From assembly GCA_050084985.1 (NCBI GenBank), contig JBITNC010000001.1, positions 145,948,001-146,012,000 on the forward strand: 64,000 bases of DNA, in the 5' to 3' direction. Of the stretch, positions 1 to 13,441 are shown one piece after another. The position numbers and the translations under genes were made by a program. A model generated the notes under the pieces. The model did not search any database. It was not told the origin of the DNA and saw only the letters and a list, made by a program, of their open reading frames with translations. This stretch comes from Nageia nagi (taxonomy: Eukaryota > Plantae > Pinophyta). Each line of letters opens with the position of its first letter. Within the stretch, counting starts at the first letter, position 1.

Positions 1-2433
1 TAAGTATTGAATTGTATCCTTCAATTCCTATACCATCACATAGAAATCCTAGTCATATAAGAAAAACTTTAATTCAACTTTTAAAATATTTATCTAAAGA
101 ATTTTATTGACATTCCTTTGTAGATAAATACAACCAACTTCAAACACTTTATAATTTATTTTTAATATTAGTTATTTCATTATCCTTTATATTAATAGTT
201 GTAAATGTTTTCTACCTTTAACGTCTAAATAATTTTTTTTTTCATACATAAAAATAATGATCTAAATATTCCACTAAAACTAATTATAAAAATCATATAA
301 AAGATAGCTAACATACAAAATATCATTACATATATATAAAAATATCTAACATAAGCTTATCATTGATTGTAATCACCACCACATTCCTATCTACCTTTAA
401 TCCATATAATGTGATCACGAATCCTAATTAGATTACTTATTTTTTCATGAATAAGTACATCATTGAGGATCATCAATAATATTTATTTCTCAACCTCTTT
501 AATACCCATATTTAACTATTAATTTATTATTTATATGAATTATATAGTTTTATCCTCATTTAGATTATAAAAGTTTATATCTAATGATGACCTTGTTGAT
601 GGCCTTATGATGAGTATATATATTCTGTTTCACATCCTTCTTAGATCATAACATTATTAATAATATGCATGAATTGATGATCTCTATTATTATTCAACAC
701 AACTATAATCCTAATGTCAATCCAATAAAATTCTTTATTAAATATACTATGTTCAAGTATTTAGTCTACTTCATTAAAATATTTCCTAAGTAATGACACT
801 CCTAATAGTAAATATTTATTTCTATTTTTAATATAATGAAAAAGGATTTTAGCCACATCATCGCTTATTATTTCCTTTCATTTATCCTGTCAACAAGATC
901 ATTGTACTCATGCTCTCTTTCCCTTTATTTTCTAAGGGTAATACCTTAAATCCTTATCCATTCTTATTGATGTTAACTTTTTTATTCCTCTCCTGGTAGA
1001 TTATATTTATAACATATTCATGCCATAGTATTAACAAGAGAAAGATACATTATTCTATAAGGATAATATCATATTAAACATCATCAAAATAATCTTGAAT
1101 CTTGGTGTTTACATTGCATCTTGCAACAACTTTGACTTGATATCTATTTCTTTTCTATGATATATTATAATGTTAAGGATGAGTAAAATTTTAACCTTTA
1201 ATTTTTCCACCATCATAATTAACACAAGGTTTTTGATATTTCTACTATCAATAATAAATTTGAAACTTTTTTCTCTCATTGAATACCTTATGCTAAAGAT
1301 GGTTCTTCTTTTCTATCATTTTTTTCTTTCTTTTATGGGCTGATCAAGGTTCTTCTTAATATAAGTTTCTCTCTAGCTTCAATTATGATGTGTTCTATGT
1401 AGTCTTCTTTTCTTGTCTCCAATGATTGGAAGATATTTTTCTATCATTTCTTCTATTATCTCTTTTGGGGTCCTTTCTCTAATAAAGTGTATGTCTTTGA
1501 ACTTCATAGTTATAACATTATTCACTATACCAACTTAATCTATAGCCTTAAAATCTAGATTAATTTCCTTTTCTTATAGGAGATTGGTATATTTCATTTT
1601 GATACCTAGTTGAATGTTCATCTTATTCTTTCTTTTTTGCTATATCTTACTTATTAAATGATCTTTTTTAGTCTCAACCTATATTACAATTTAAACTTAC
1701 TTTCCTTACCAAATTTTTAGTTAATCCTTATGACATTCTCATATATTTCCTTTGTAGAATATATGATTTCTATTCTCATTTGATCTTGAATGAAAAATCT
1801 CAATATTTTCATGTATCTACATATATTTTCATTTATCTCAACAATGTGACCAAGTCAAATTGTCAATTGATAAAATTTCTCATTAGTCTTCCAAACTCAT
1901 TCATTTGTAAAAGATTTTACAAGTTCTTAACTTAAATTAATTCATATTTTGTAGCGAGGAATAATTGATTGAAAATACTAAAATATTTGTTGACAGATTT
2001 AATCTTTCATTTATTTTCATTAATTTATTCCTTCTAGATGTATTTTAACCATAACAGGGAGTTATACCTTATGGGGTTTTCCTCTTCTGAAGATCACAAT
2101 ACTTTTTTTTAGTTGAAAGAACTAATCAATGAGCTTGTTGGAGTTTAAACTTACAATATACTTTTATAAATCCATATTTCATGTACTTCTAAATGTTGAT
2201 AGTACTATACCTACTCTAGTTTGTGGCCCATATTCCCCTTTACTAGCTCCTTGTCTTTAGTTTGATCATGTTCACTATATAAGCCTTGCTCATTTTCTTT
2301 GCATTTTATCTATAATTCATCTCCCCCTTTTATTATAAATATTCGCTCTTCCACCACTAATAGTTTCTTTTGTTATTTTAACTCTACATTTTTTTTTCCA
2401 TCATAATATATATATTTTTATTATATGATACCA
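1..2433 (-). mobile_element. Decayed Ty3/gypsy LTR retrotransposon, CRM-like (PBS, gag, protease); left limit uncertain
   Basis: Minus strand ~1320-1200 reads RRTIFSIRYSMREKSFKFIIDSRNIKNLVLIMMVEK, matching the CRM-type protease signature QRxxIFxTRC..LIIDSGS..NLVS..MVEKL. Gag-like L.NL.Q...EKFYQL occurs at ~1940-1850. A tRNA-Met PBS (TGGTATCA, + strand TGATACCA at 2426-2433) abuts an LTR-like TG at 2436. Confidence 0.6.
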
Positions 2434-2880
2434 CCTGATGTAGTTCGATTCAACTGGTGAGATGATATTCAACAAGAATTTAATTCACTTAATCTTTGTG
2501 TGCCTTAATTACGCTCATTTGTCTTTTTAATCTTTCATGTGGTTATAATCTATTCTTGGATTAAGGGAAATTCATAATTGACATATTAAAAAGAAGTGGA
2601 ATTGACTTTAAGTAAATTAGAGATCATTCGTATTAAAAATGAATCGAACATGCTTATTTTTATTAATTATTGAAATTATAATTACACTTTTACTATATTA
2701 AACCCCTGTCTATGATCTCCTATAATTATTATGAAATCTATTAAACCATTTTGTTGTTCACAGCTATATTCGTCCTATTCATTGTGAATACCTCATTTTC
2801 ATCCTATACAAGTTTCAAGTCTTCGTCTATATAAACGATATTTATATTCACAAAGTAACATTGTGAAAATACCCACATCA

Positions 2881-3000
2881 ACAGCTATGCTCCTCACTCT
2901 TGTTAGCATATAAAGTCTCCTTCAACCATTCCTATAATGCCACAGCTCTGTTCGCCCCTCACTTTTGCTAGCATATAAGTTCCCCTACAACCATTTATAG
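2881..3000. repeat. Two diverged tandem copies of a ~60 bp unit
   Basis: ACAGCTATGCTCCTCACTCTTGTTAGCATATAAAG..CAACCATT versus ACAGCTCTGTTCGCCCCTCACTTTTGCTAGCATATAAG..CAACCATT. Confidence 0.75.
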
Positions 3001-3020
3001 TATGGCATGACTCCATTTTT

Positions 3021-3268
3021 GTGGATCAGTGTAAAATGTTAGCTAGATTTTCCATGAAAAGTAATCAAAATGATCATACCTTGAATCTGGTTACTCTTTG
3101 GTTAGCTCTCTGAACATTCGGTACATAATCACTTTCCTATGGATTACTTCGTGATCAGTATTAAATATTAGCTAGATTTTGCAGGAAAAGTCATCAAAAT
3201 GATGCTCCCTAGAATTTGGGTACTCTTTAGTTAGCCGTCTGAACTTTCGGTACACACTCACTTTACTT
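3021..3268. repeat. Two diverged tandem copies of a ~130 bp unit
   Basis: GATCAGT..TTAGCTAGATTTT..GAAAAGT.ATCAAAATGAT..TACTCTTT.GTTAGC..TCTGAAC.TTCGGTACA is present from ~3021 and again from ~3151. Confidence 0.8.
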
Positions 3269-4519
3269 ACTGATCCTTATTTGGCACTCTTCCTTCGCTC
3301 CTAAGTTTTATTTTTCGTAGATGCGATCTCAGACACGTACACAATTATACCCTTACCTTTCCCTCCGTAAAATATCTTTTTTCCTTTGTTTTCAGCATGA
3401 GGAAGGCACACGAACCTGCATGTTTTTTATTTAATTGACTGATTGTCCCTTGATACACAGAACCAGCGTTAGAGTTAATTGTCTTGTAGGTTGTGTTTGA
3501 CTTATTTAATTAATTGTGTAGACAGATTAATCATGTATCATGATGGTTAAATGTTTTTGCTGTCAGACTCCAAAGGTCATTCTTCCATTTATTAAACTTA
3601 AACGTAAAAAACAGATAACCAGCGTACAGAGAATTTTGAACTACATCATAGAATCATTTCTTTTAATTAAATAAACTGAAAAGCTAACCGTTCGAAACAA
3701 CAAATTCCAGAATGTAATGAGATTCATAAGAAGAACGGAGCGAATTTTTAATAAACTTCTTAAAATATAACGATTAAATTGAAACACATACTACGCGATA
3801 AAAACAAAATTAATTTCTATCTAGCATGTGGAATGTGTAAATATGGATCTTGCAACATGAAATTTTATCCAAAAATTCGAAGAAATATTTCACAATTTGA
3901 ACAACCTGGATAATGTAGGTACTACATCACCGTGAAAATAGTTGCTACATTCTTAGTACATATTCAATTGCACTAAAACGAAAGAAATGGGGACATCAAA
4001 ACTTCTTGAGAATATTAAGGAAATAGTATTATTGAACTACGAATTACATTTGTTGGAAGCAAGGAAACAAGTTGGAACTATTGAAAATAAGATATATAAG
4101 ATACCATTTTCATACTTTCAAGGATCCCAGCAAGAAATATTTAAAATGGATGTGAAGCCTACTTCCAGCTGTCATTGATTGTGTTCAACTTCCTTCATAT
4201 AATTGTTGCAGAAAGAATGAACAACACATGCACAAAGCTGATCATAAACAGAATGCCACAGAAAGAAAATAGGAAAACCAAATATGTGAATCTTTTTAAT
4301 TCCATTTGTCTCTTGATTCCGCTCAATCCAATATAATTCCAGCGGTAGATGCCACTTGAGGAGGAGGAAGAGGAGGATTTTAATAAAGAATAACCAATAT
4401 ATCGACAAAGATGACAATAGAAAGAAATCTACTCAAAGAAGGAAGAATAAAAACTGTGTCCATCTTCTGCATAACATTTGTTTCTTGATTCCGTGCCAAG
4501 AATGAATTTCAGATCATAT

Positions 4520-5721
4520 TGTGCCCACGTTTGCTCATGGTAGAGCCAGACATAGATGCGTTCGGGGAGGAGGAGGAGCAGAGGGTTTATAATAAAAGGC
4601 CTTGAGATGTGAGATTCCGGGTTCAAGGTTGCAGCTTCCAAACGTGTAAAATCTTTGGGTTACATATTTATATGCACGGCCACACCCATATTAGATGTAA
4701 AACACTGCAAAAGAATCCTTGAACTGCGCAAAATCGTAATGCCTTTCCATTCGCAAGCCCCACAAAGCCTTTGGAAATTCAACCACCTTCTCCATAGGAA
4801 ATCCCTGAGCGTCATAAGAAGTGGACAATGGGTTCAACCTCCATAGACCGATTGCTCTAAAAGTTCTGTTGCTGTCCATGTCGTGCTTTTGGAAGGAACT
4901 CATTATAAACAACTGGTTTTTGTAGGAAAACAAGGCAGGACTCGTCTGCCTATATTGTCCATTGTTTATTTTCAACCACATCCACTCAATATGCACATCA
5001 TCATGATTTGCAATCTTCAACCGACACCAACTGTCTCCGAATTTCCAAATATGAAGAAGGTTTGGCATGACATTCTATTCGTCAAAACCTAGACCGTAAA
5101 TTGCTCCATCTCCTTCATTTTCACAGCTTGAAATGGCGAGAGTATATTTTCCTGTAGGCAGGGTTTGGTTCCCTTTGATCCACACAGATCCATCCCTGGT
5201 GTCATAAACATACTAAAATAGATCAAATGAATCCTTCTTGTTAACTCGGTCACACATAGGCTTATTTTCCAGTATGATCACAAGTCTCAAATCTCAGGGA
5301 CTCCTAACTTTTATGGATACACACAGTTTATATGAGTGGAAGAATATATTGCCGTAATCAATAAAAAATCCGAAGTCTCTTCTAGCAGGATGCCAAATTA
5401 AAAAGGAATTTAAATAGAAGAGGTCATAACATAGATATCCTTCGGAGCATGCCACAATCTCGTCCATTTGCCGAAGTCCCCTTTCGTAAAAATATCCAGT
5501 GGGAATGTGGGGAAGGGGTATATAGTTGCGGGTCAATTCTCCTGCTCCAACTGGTTGTTGAGAAGTAGTTCAGGGCGTTGTGATATTGTTCCGTCGTAGA
5601 GGAGGCCTTCTGCTAATTCTTCCATTTCTTCTCCATGGAGTTGGCCTTGTTTTTTGCCCTCTGGAGGATTTGGCTAATCGATTTCCATGGCCGTTGAAGC
5701 AGAAGCTCCTTCTTGCTCCAT
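4520..5721 (-). pseudogene. Pseudogene of an F-box-associated/kelch-like beta-propeller-type plant protein (no F-box motif seen)
   Basis: ORFs 5294-5536 and 4691-5068 share one frame, broken only by stops at 5294-5296, 5213-5215, 5075-5077 and 4691-4693. The motifs EIVACSEGYLCY..FLIWHPARR and YVYDTRDGSVW resemble the FBA-type 'ascnGLlC..vwNP' and 'vYds..W' motifs. Putative start MEQEGASAS at 5721 is in another frame. The region retains CpG. Confidence 0.55.
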
Positions 5722-6544
5722 GGGTTTGAATATTAGCAGGTCGTGTTTCTTTTCATTATCGTTTAGTGGAGGTAATATATGAAAGAACCAAGAACGTATA
5801 GTGATTTGTAGAGGCCATATGTGGAATGGAATGACCCTGTTCAGCACCTTACTCTCCAAATAAATGTCTATTGCCTGTGGTCTGTGAAAGATATTGGCGT
5901 CGTCGGATAAGATGAAAAACGCTACGCCTCACAAACCAGCAATATTCAAGGAATACAAAATATGAAAAGATTCGAATGTCTATAACATGTTTCATATTTA
6001 ACGTTGTTGTTCGAGTTGCAATTTTAAAATATCATATGATGGTAGAATGAAGGGCCTTTCATATATTTTATAGGAATAAGAGTTGGATCCCACGGGGATT
6101 ATAAGATCTATTATCATAGAGCGTAAGTTTTTATGAAAAAAATAAATTTTGTTATATGATTAATTGGAATCTTCTCCTTCAAAATAGCAGAGTTGTTTTT
6201 AGGATTGAATAATAAAGTGGGTGAAAAAAGGGTGAGTTCGGAAATCATCCCACCTCCTTAGAAAATTTAGGAAATTTCTTGAAAATTTTTATGCCACATG
6301 TCAATTATCTGATCAAAATAAAATGAAGGAAAAAATCATGAAGGGAAATATTTCTTAAATTTTAGAGCTTAAATTTTTAAGTATATTTCCTAAAAATTCT
6401 AAGCAACACCCTCTTCTATTTTTAGGAAGGCCCCTCCATACGATCCCACCTTAAATTTTATATTGATTATGGATGATTTTCATATTTCTATTTTAACACC
6501 CTTCATGTTGATTATGCACTTAAAAAGATAAAAATATATGATTT

Positions 6545-9500
6545 CTTTTGAATGGAAAAGAAATATATTAAGCAAATGGTATTTTTACATCAAAAAGAAT
6601 GTGGGTGGATAAGCATACCCCAAAATAGTATCAAACTAATTAAGGTAGAGTTAGCATAACCGATAAAAATACTAATAGATTATGGCCAAAGAACCATATC
6701 AAAACATGAGATAAATGACCATATAATTATTCACCCATTGATCTTGGAAGAAGCCCATATATCCTTGCAACGATCCACATGATACCAACAAACATTGGAT
6801 GGGATTGAAATTCTCTAATTGTCACCAATGATGCTACCAAAACCACTACTAGGGTGACTATATATACATTGATACCAAAAATCATTAATTTCATTGGAAG
6901 TAGGAATGGTACCATGATCTACTTAACTGAATATGGACCCATAGCTACCAAATGGATATCTCCATAGCATACAACTAGGTTTCTAATATATAGGAAGACA
7001 TCCTAACTACTTGTCTATTGACAAGATATCACCCTACTTGTTTTCATCTTCTTATCAAATCAGGAAGGTTAATAGCAATATGTATCAAAGTTCAAATAAC
7101 CTATCAATGAGGTATTGGGGTAGGGGTAATCATACTAATGCTTCTAGGTGCATTCCCTTAATGCTCAATGAGGTTTATCAAGTGCTAAAATTCTACAATA
7201 GCTTTCTTTACTAGTAGAAATAATTGTAATCAAGAGTCATAAAAATCTTATACTTATTAACAATCAAGAAAGAAGTATAAGCATCTTCAATAGAGAAAGT
7301 AATTTTATTTAGAATAATTTAAATATGTAAAAAACTCCAAATTCTAAACATGGTACATACTTTAACTAATGATCCTATAAAATCTAGAGAGTCTCCCAAC
7401 AAAACTTGTACCCAAAAGGATGAGTAAGATATAAAAAGTCTAAAGAAGGACTCAAGTTATATCTAAGTCATTTGAGCTTTTAGTAAATACTAGAGTACAT
7501 GAATGAAAATTTCTCATTCACAAAAATAATAAAAAGTAAGATTTTCAAAATCAAAGTATTTCAAATATTATTCCAATGGAAGCCCCTATAGGAGGAGGCT
7601 CTAAGAAAAAAAAGCCTTCTTTTGATGAGGTAAAAGCTTTACTTTCAAAGATTGATGAAGATATTTTCCTTCTTGGTTTTCAAAGAGAATCAAAAGGGAA
7701 ATTGATTAGAATGGATATGTTAGATCTAAATTTATATTATAGAAATTATTTAACTCCAAACACTTATCACTAGAAATAAAACTATTTAAGATGTTCAAGT
7801 TGCACGAAAGAAGGACATGTGTACCTTTTTATATAGGGTATATATGATAGGAATGTCATGTGCCTATTATCTTTTTGTTGTTTCCAAAATTTTACTCTTT
7901 ATTTATACCTTCATAATTGCTTTTTCATTATATTAATATTTTTGTCTAACAAAGATGTGGCTAGCAAAATACCATTACTATGTACAAGATACTTGTCATT
8001 GTATCAATATTGGTATTTGTGAAATGGTGATTAGTAAATCAACATCGGTATCTATCATAGTAGTACCTAATGCAGCACCATTGATACCTACCAAAGACAT
8101 AGCAAATAAGGACGTGATTGAAAATGAGGATCAATTGATGCTCCTTCCCAAATTTGTACAAAATGTACCCTAATGGAAAAAAACACTTCAAAATAATTAG
8201 GCTCATCAAAATATTACATATAAATAATGAATTTATTTATGATTATTGAATATATTCATAATATATATTTGCACCAATTTAGACCAAACCTGATCTCTAA
8301 ATGATGCAAGACATGTATCATTAAATAAATCTTATCAAGTACATATGAAATGATAAGTCATACAACCACCTTTGGACTAGAATAGACATCTTCAAGGCCT
8401 AAATGCATTTTCAATAGATGTAGGAACAATACTGCAAACATTTTTTGATGCAAATAATGAAGATCATTAATGTTATTAATTATAAATAATATACACTTTT
8501 GCAAAGAATTAAAAATGATTAGTAGAACTAGGACATATCAAATTCAAGCTTGATTGGTAGTGTCAAAATACACTATTTGATTTATGATAATATCATTGGA
8601 ATTGCTTCTCCTTGATGATTCTAGGATTCTACAATAAAGAATATCTTTCCTTGTTCCTCCTTTTATTGATTACTTGTTCTTGAGATCTACACATTTTTTA
8701 ATAATTTATTTTCTTGATATTTATATCAATTGCATTGCTTATAGTGCTTTTCTTGGTATTTACATCCTTTTTATTATATTATTTATTGGTATAATAAATA
8801 TGATTTACAATAATTAGAAAATTATATTAAGTTGGCTATACAACTTTCCTATAATATTAATATTTAGGGAGATATTTTTATCTAGCCTTTGTAAGGGGCT
8901 GAGTAGAAAATACCTTATGATAACATGACACAAAAGTAATTATGATGTTAGCAAAGGAAGTAATACATTCTTCATAAATTTGAATAACCTTGAATTTAGT
9001 AGTATGAGTAGAACACTTAATCTCTTAAAGAAAATTTCAAAGATTCTTTTTGAAATTTTTATCCAATGGAGTTTAATGCATGGTTAAGCACCTCTAATCT
9101 CATAAATTTTAACTTTCCCAATCACATACCTCAAGCTAGCTTCATGAGCTTGAGAGTGGAACTTATTGGACAAGTTTGAAGTTGGATTGAGGTTGTAGCC
9201 AACTCCTCTTGGAGATAAGCATTGACATGTCTGCTCCATTTGTTCACTTTCATGTCAAGGATTCCCAACAAATTACCCACATTCAAAAGAACATGGTTCC
9301 ACTAGGAAATCCACCTATCAAGTTCAAGAAAAAAAAAGAACCAAGTTACATATTCCAATGATATAAGATCTTATTGTAGTATGTTGAATAAAAGATACAT
9401 TGATGTATAACTAAGATTGATAATGACAAGGTTGAAGGGATTCCAAATCCATAAAAAATATTATAGTAGAATGATATAGTAGAGTGTTATTTGAAAGGGT

Positions 9501-10070
9501 GCATAGAAATGGATACACTAAGGGAAACCAATTGAAATAAAAAATAAAAGAATTAATAACCATATATTTATCCAACATTTCTAAAATTATTACATATCCA
9601 GCTTGAAAAATAGACCAAATGAACCAGGTATTCTTAGAAAAATTCATTAAGTAAAAGCAATGAGTGGGATTTCATAACTCAAGTTTATATTCTTTTTAAA
9701 TGAAATATCTTCCTTTCAACCACATTTGACCTCATAGGTAAGTAACATATTTTTTGTCCAAATTTTTTTATCATGTTTAAATTCCCTCAAAGAACCCAAA
9801 TTTTAAGGGAAAAGGGAAAGCAAGATTATGTAATAATGCACATTGATCAAAGACAATGTTGGAGGTACAAACATTAATAAGTGAAAAAGGATGACCATTA
9901 ATCTCAAGTAGATTTCATATAGCTTAATTTAAGGAGTATACACCCAAAGCTATGATATTCATGATCCACTTAGAAGTAATAAGAGTGATAAATACTCCTT
10001 TCCCATGAGAATGATTAGAGGTATGAGAAGTATTACATAAGAAAATAACCTTTTATGTATTATGTAAAAT
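6545..10070 (-). mobile_element. Decayed L1-clade LINE (ORF1 DUF4283-like, ORF2 EN/RT/zf-RVT/RNase H remnants)
   Basis: Minus-strand motifs appear in the expected order: MGKGVFI (~10010) and IWVL..NL (~9800) for ORF1; KILYHWN (~9370) for the APE endonuclease start; FSIEDAY (~7295) for zf-RVT; HPSSGFGSIIGDN (~6855) for RNase H. An A-rich 3' end TTAATATAT..CAAAAGAAA lies at ~6545. The element is heavily deleted. Confidence 0.65.
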
Positions 10071-10879
10071 GAAATCATAAGTTTTAACTTCTTATAAAAA
10101 AATAAAAAATAAAAAATATCTAATTTGTAGATGAATTATGTCATCTTCTAACAAACTAGATAATTTTAAACTCGATCTATTAATCCTCTTACATTTTAGA
10201 AGACAAATATCATGGGGTATTGTGAAGGTGCATATTCTCCCCAATATATTTTGCATCACATAGACCTATGAGAGATGCAAATGAGTTCAAAGTGAATCAT
10301 TCATAGTTATCTCGAAGAAAGATCGTGTAGTGGAAAACTTTATCCATTTATTGTCTCTTAAGAAAGTAAAAAGCAAATCCATCGTATAGAGGGCTATATG
10401 AACAAAAAAATTTAAAATTATGAATTTTCAATAAAGACTATTTTGAATGCAATATATACATACTCTTTAAGAGTAATGGAATAAAAAGTAATCAAAGAAG
10501 AAGCATTATCTACCACTATAAATATGATAGGATAGACTAAAATTTTCAATCTATATATGTAGAATGAGATTTAGGTGGTATTAGAAGAGCTAGGAGAATT
10601 TAGATAAACTACATATTTTATTAAGCTAATGGGGTATCATTCAAGGCTAGTGGAGGAGTTAGAGTAGTTTCAAACACTTGCTCTTGTTACTGGAATTAAG
10701 TATTATGTTGGTTCACCATTATAGTCCATTCCTACAGGCCACCTCTCTATCTCTTAACAAGTATAACTACACTAAATGGGAAAGGTTGGTTAGTAGTTAG
10801 AGATATAAATATTTTTTTACTAACAGGGTAGTATTTTATCTTATGATATGCTGAATAAAACTTATTTCATGTGTTGTGT

Positions 10880-11650
10880 ATATTTATATATACCTATCAC
10901 TATCAAATGATATGATCCATAATATTCAAATTAATATTTTCATTCAAATCTTTATAGAGGTTTAACCTTTATATATAGATGAATTTGGAAAGATAAACAT
11001 GAAACATTGTAGTTAGAAGTAGATAAATTTTTTAATCAACACTATCAAAGATTATGATAAGGACATAGACATGAGAATTAGAAATCTCCATTGAAGCTTC
11101 AATATTAACAATAAATTCATTGGATTATGATTGCAAAATAAATAATAAACTATGAAAATACCATAGTCCATGACTGGTATCATTTTGAGCATTAGTACGA
11201 TATCCAAAAAGTGTAAAAGAAAAGAACCTTTTATAGGTTTTTGAATATTCTATATTGTAATCTCACTAGAACATGAAACTTACTTGACTTAGTATAAACT
11301 ATTATATCATTTGGTATATAATCTAGAAAATACCTAACAAGATGATAGCTTTCATACCATGGACATGTATTGTTACATTTACAAAAAAAAATGGAAAGAA
11401 TAGGAGTAAAACATTCACCACATGGAAAACCTTTGGGACATAATTCCAAAGATGGTTTCCTAGCACCATTATTTGTTTTAATAACTTTAATGTTAACTAA
11501 GGCTACCATGTGTATGATTTTCATTAAATGGAGGGGATAATAATTTTGTGGGTGGCATTGATGCAAATATATTAGAAATAGAGATGAATATTGCATAATA
11601 CCAATAGGGAAGTATTAGTATGATAACTAAAGCAATAAAATAAAAACCCT
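10880..11650 (-). mobile_element. Second decayed L1 LINE fragment (ORF1 plus endonuclease remnant)
   Basis: ORF 11231-11596 contains ELCPKGF..CPWY..DYIP..VLVRL, a DUF4283-like PKGF/GPW/VWVRL pattern. A GDF(N) endonuclease-like motif lies at ~11090. Confidence 0.4.
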
Positions 11651-12239
11651 AGAAACCTTCATATAGGGATTTGGCTCTATCATACTCTTACATCTTTTTA
11701 ATACCTTTCAAAAATAAAATAATATAAAATATTTTAGTATAACATTTTAATTAAAAATATAATCAATTTAAAAGATGAATAAAGTTCTATATTGGGACCT
11801 TCGAGAGTGGTGTGGATTTAAATATTGAATATCTATGGGAGGTGGAAGGGAATAATCACTAAATATCATCAAACTTTGTGGATGTGATCAAGAAGCATGA
11901 ATGAAAGGGTCATATCACCTCACATCATGTGTAAGATAGTCCATGAGTTTTTGGGGATTATGTGGTAAATCATTTCTCAATATGGCTAACATGATAGAAG
12001 GGAATGTGCTGGAGGATATCCTGATCATGATGCATGCTAAAGTGAGGATTGAACATATGAAGGGTGGAGAGACTAGCATCAAGCTTTAAGAAAATCTATC
12101 TAGAGAAGGACTTCAACTATGGTTATGGTAGGGTTTTTACATCATATGTAGAGAGATTTAATGCTAATGGTAGAACATAGAGTAAGAGAGTCTAATAGGG
12201 GCATAAGGAATTATACCCATAATGGTTTAAGCTCTTAGT

Positions 12240-12720
12240 TGACAACAATGTTCAGGAGGTGTTGAACAATACCAAATATTAGATTTTCCTATATATTTTT
12301 GAAGGTTATGATATCATAGTGTGCCACCAAATGGTGAGTAGTTTGGTGAAAGGTTGTGTGATGATGGGTACATTCATGTTTGAGATTTTATTGGTAGTGT
12401 TGATGAAGATTTCAAGTTTATTGGATGATGGACTAGAAATTTAGAGGGATAAATGCCCTCAACAAACTAAATTAGACTTCTTCACCACCAATGAGAAGGT
12501 AGCATGAGATGGAAAGTACATCTTGAGGAAAGGATTACCTTAACCTTGGACAACAATAGTAGGCACAATCATGAATTACATTACATTTGATACTCGAATG
12601 ACTTAGGGTAAGAGGATATAATCTTGTGATCCCAATTCACATGCATTGGAAGAAAAGGGTTAATGTACTTTACTTATTATTCAAGGAAATTTAGAAGGTT
12701 GCAAAGTACATCCAAATACA
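12240..12720 (+). pseudogene. Degenerate accessory ORF of the type found in gymnosperm LTR retrotransposons
   Basis: Translates as GYDIIVCHQMVSSLVKG..LLDDGLEI..RKGLP*PWTTIVGTIMNYITFDTR..VNVLYLLFKEI. This matches my recollection of the pattern GYD..VA..F..GLP..GE..LP.PW..YITC.GR..NLPFYL in TE-borne hypothetical proteins. Confidence 0.4.
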
Positions 12721-13398
12721 TGGAAGAAAACCAAGTTTTGATGGGGGGTTAGGATGATTTCTTACCTATTTTGAAGCATGTGATGAAACATGGTACTGAT
12801 ATGGGTGTGTCAGGAGGTAGTTGTAAGCATAAGAATGTGAAGGAGAATGAAGGAGGGTGGTACAGATCATAACAAAAAAGCAAATTGTATACTAAAGAGA
12901 AGTCAAATGATTCTTAAGAAATTACTTCCCCTTCCTCACCAGTTGGAAGTTTGACCAAAAGTTTGATGAAGAAGGTCCAAATGAGTAGAGGCATTCTACT
13001 CAAGAAGATAAGATTGCTACGAGGAAAACTACTAATAGGGCTTAATAGTATCAACACCCAAGTGGACAAGCTCCAATATCATGTCTATGAGGAGTTGGAT
13101 GTTTAAACTTTAGTTTGTTACTGATGCCTATTTTTTATAGGAAAGGAATCAATTAAGTATTATGCGTTTATAAGGCCAATGTTATGTAGGATGGTTATCA
13201 TTTGGTATAGTCATAGTATTATGATACTAAGATTTTTTTATTTATTTGGTTATTTAATGATTAAATCAAGATGTGATTATAATTGGATTATTAGTTCCAT
13301 CCAAAAACCACCTCTAATATATACATGAATAAATACAAATACAAATAAAAGGAAAAATAAATATATGAATAAATATGGATTAGGAAAAACTCTATTTA

Positions 13399-13401
<3 letters not shown>

Positions 13402-13439
<38 letters not shown>
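13402..13439. repeat. (TA)n microsatellite
   Basis: Uninterrupted TA run visible directly. Confidence 0.95.

Positions 13440-13441
<2 letters not shown>

Noticed and set aside
4691-5536. Stop-codon readthrough, U-to-C editing or an alternative genetic code rescuing the frame
   Set aside because: All three stop types occur, the context is nuclear, and window-wide C-to-T decay explains the stops more simply.
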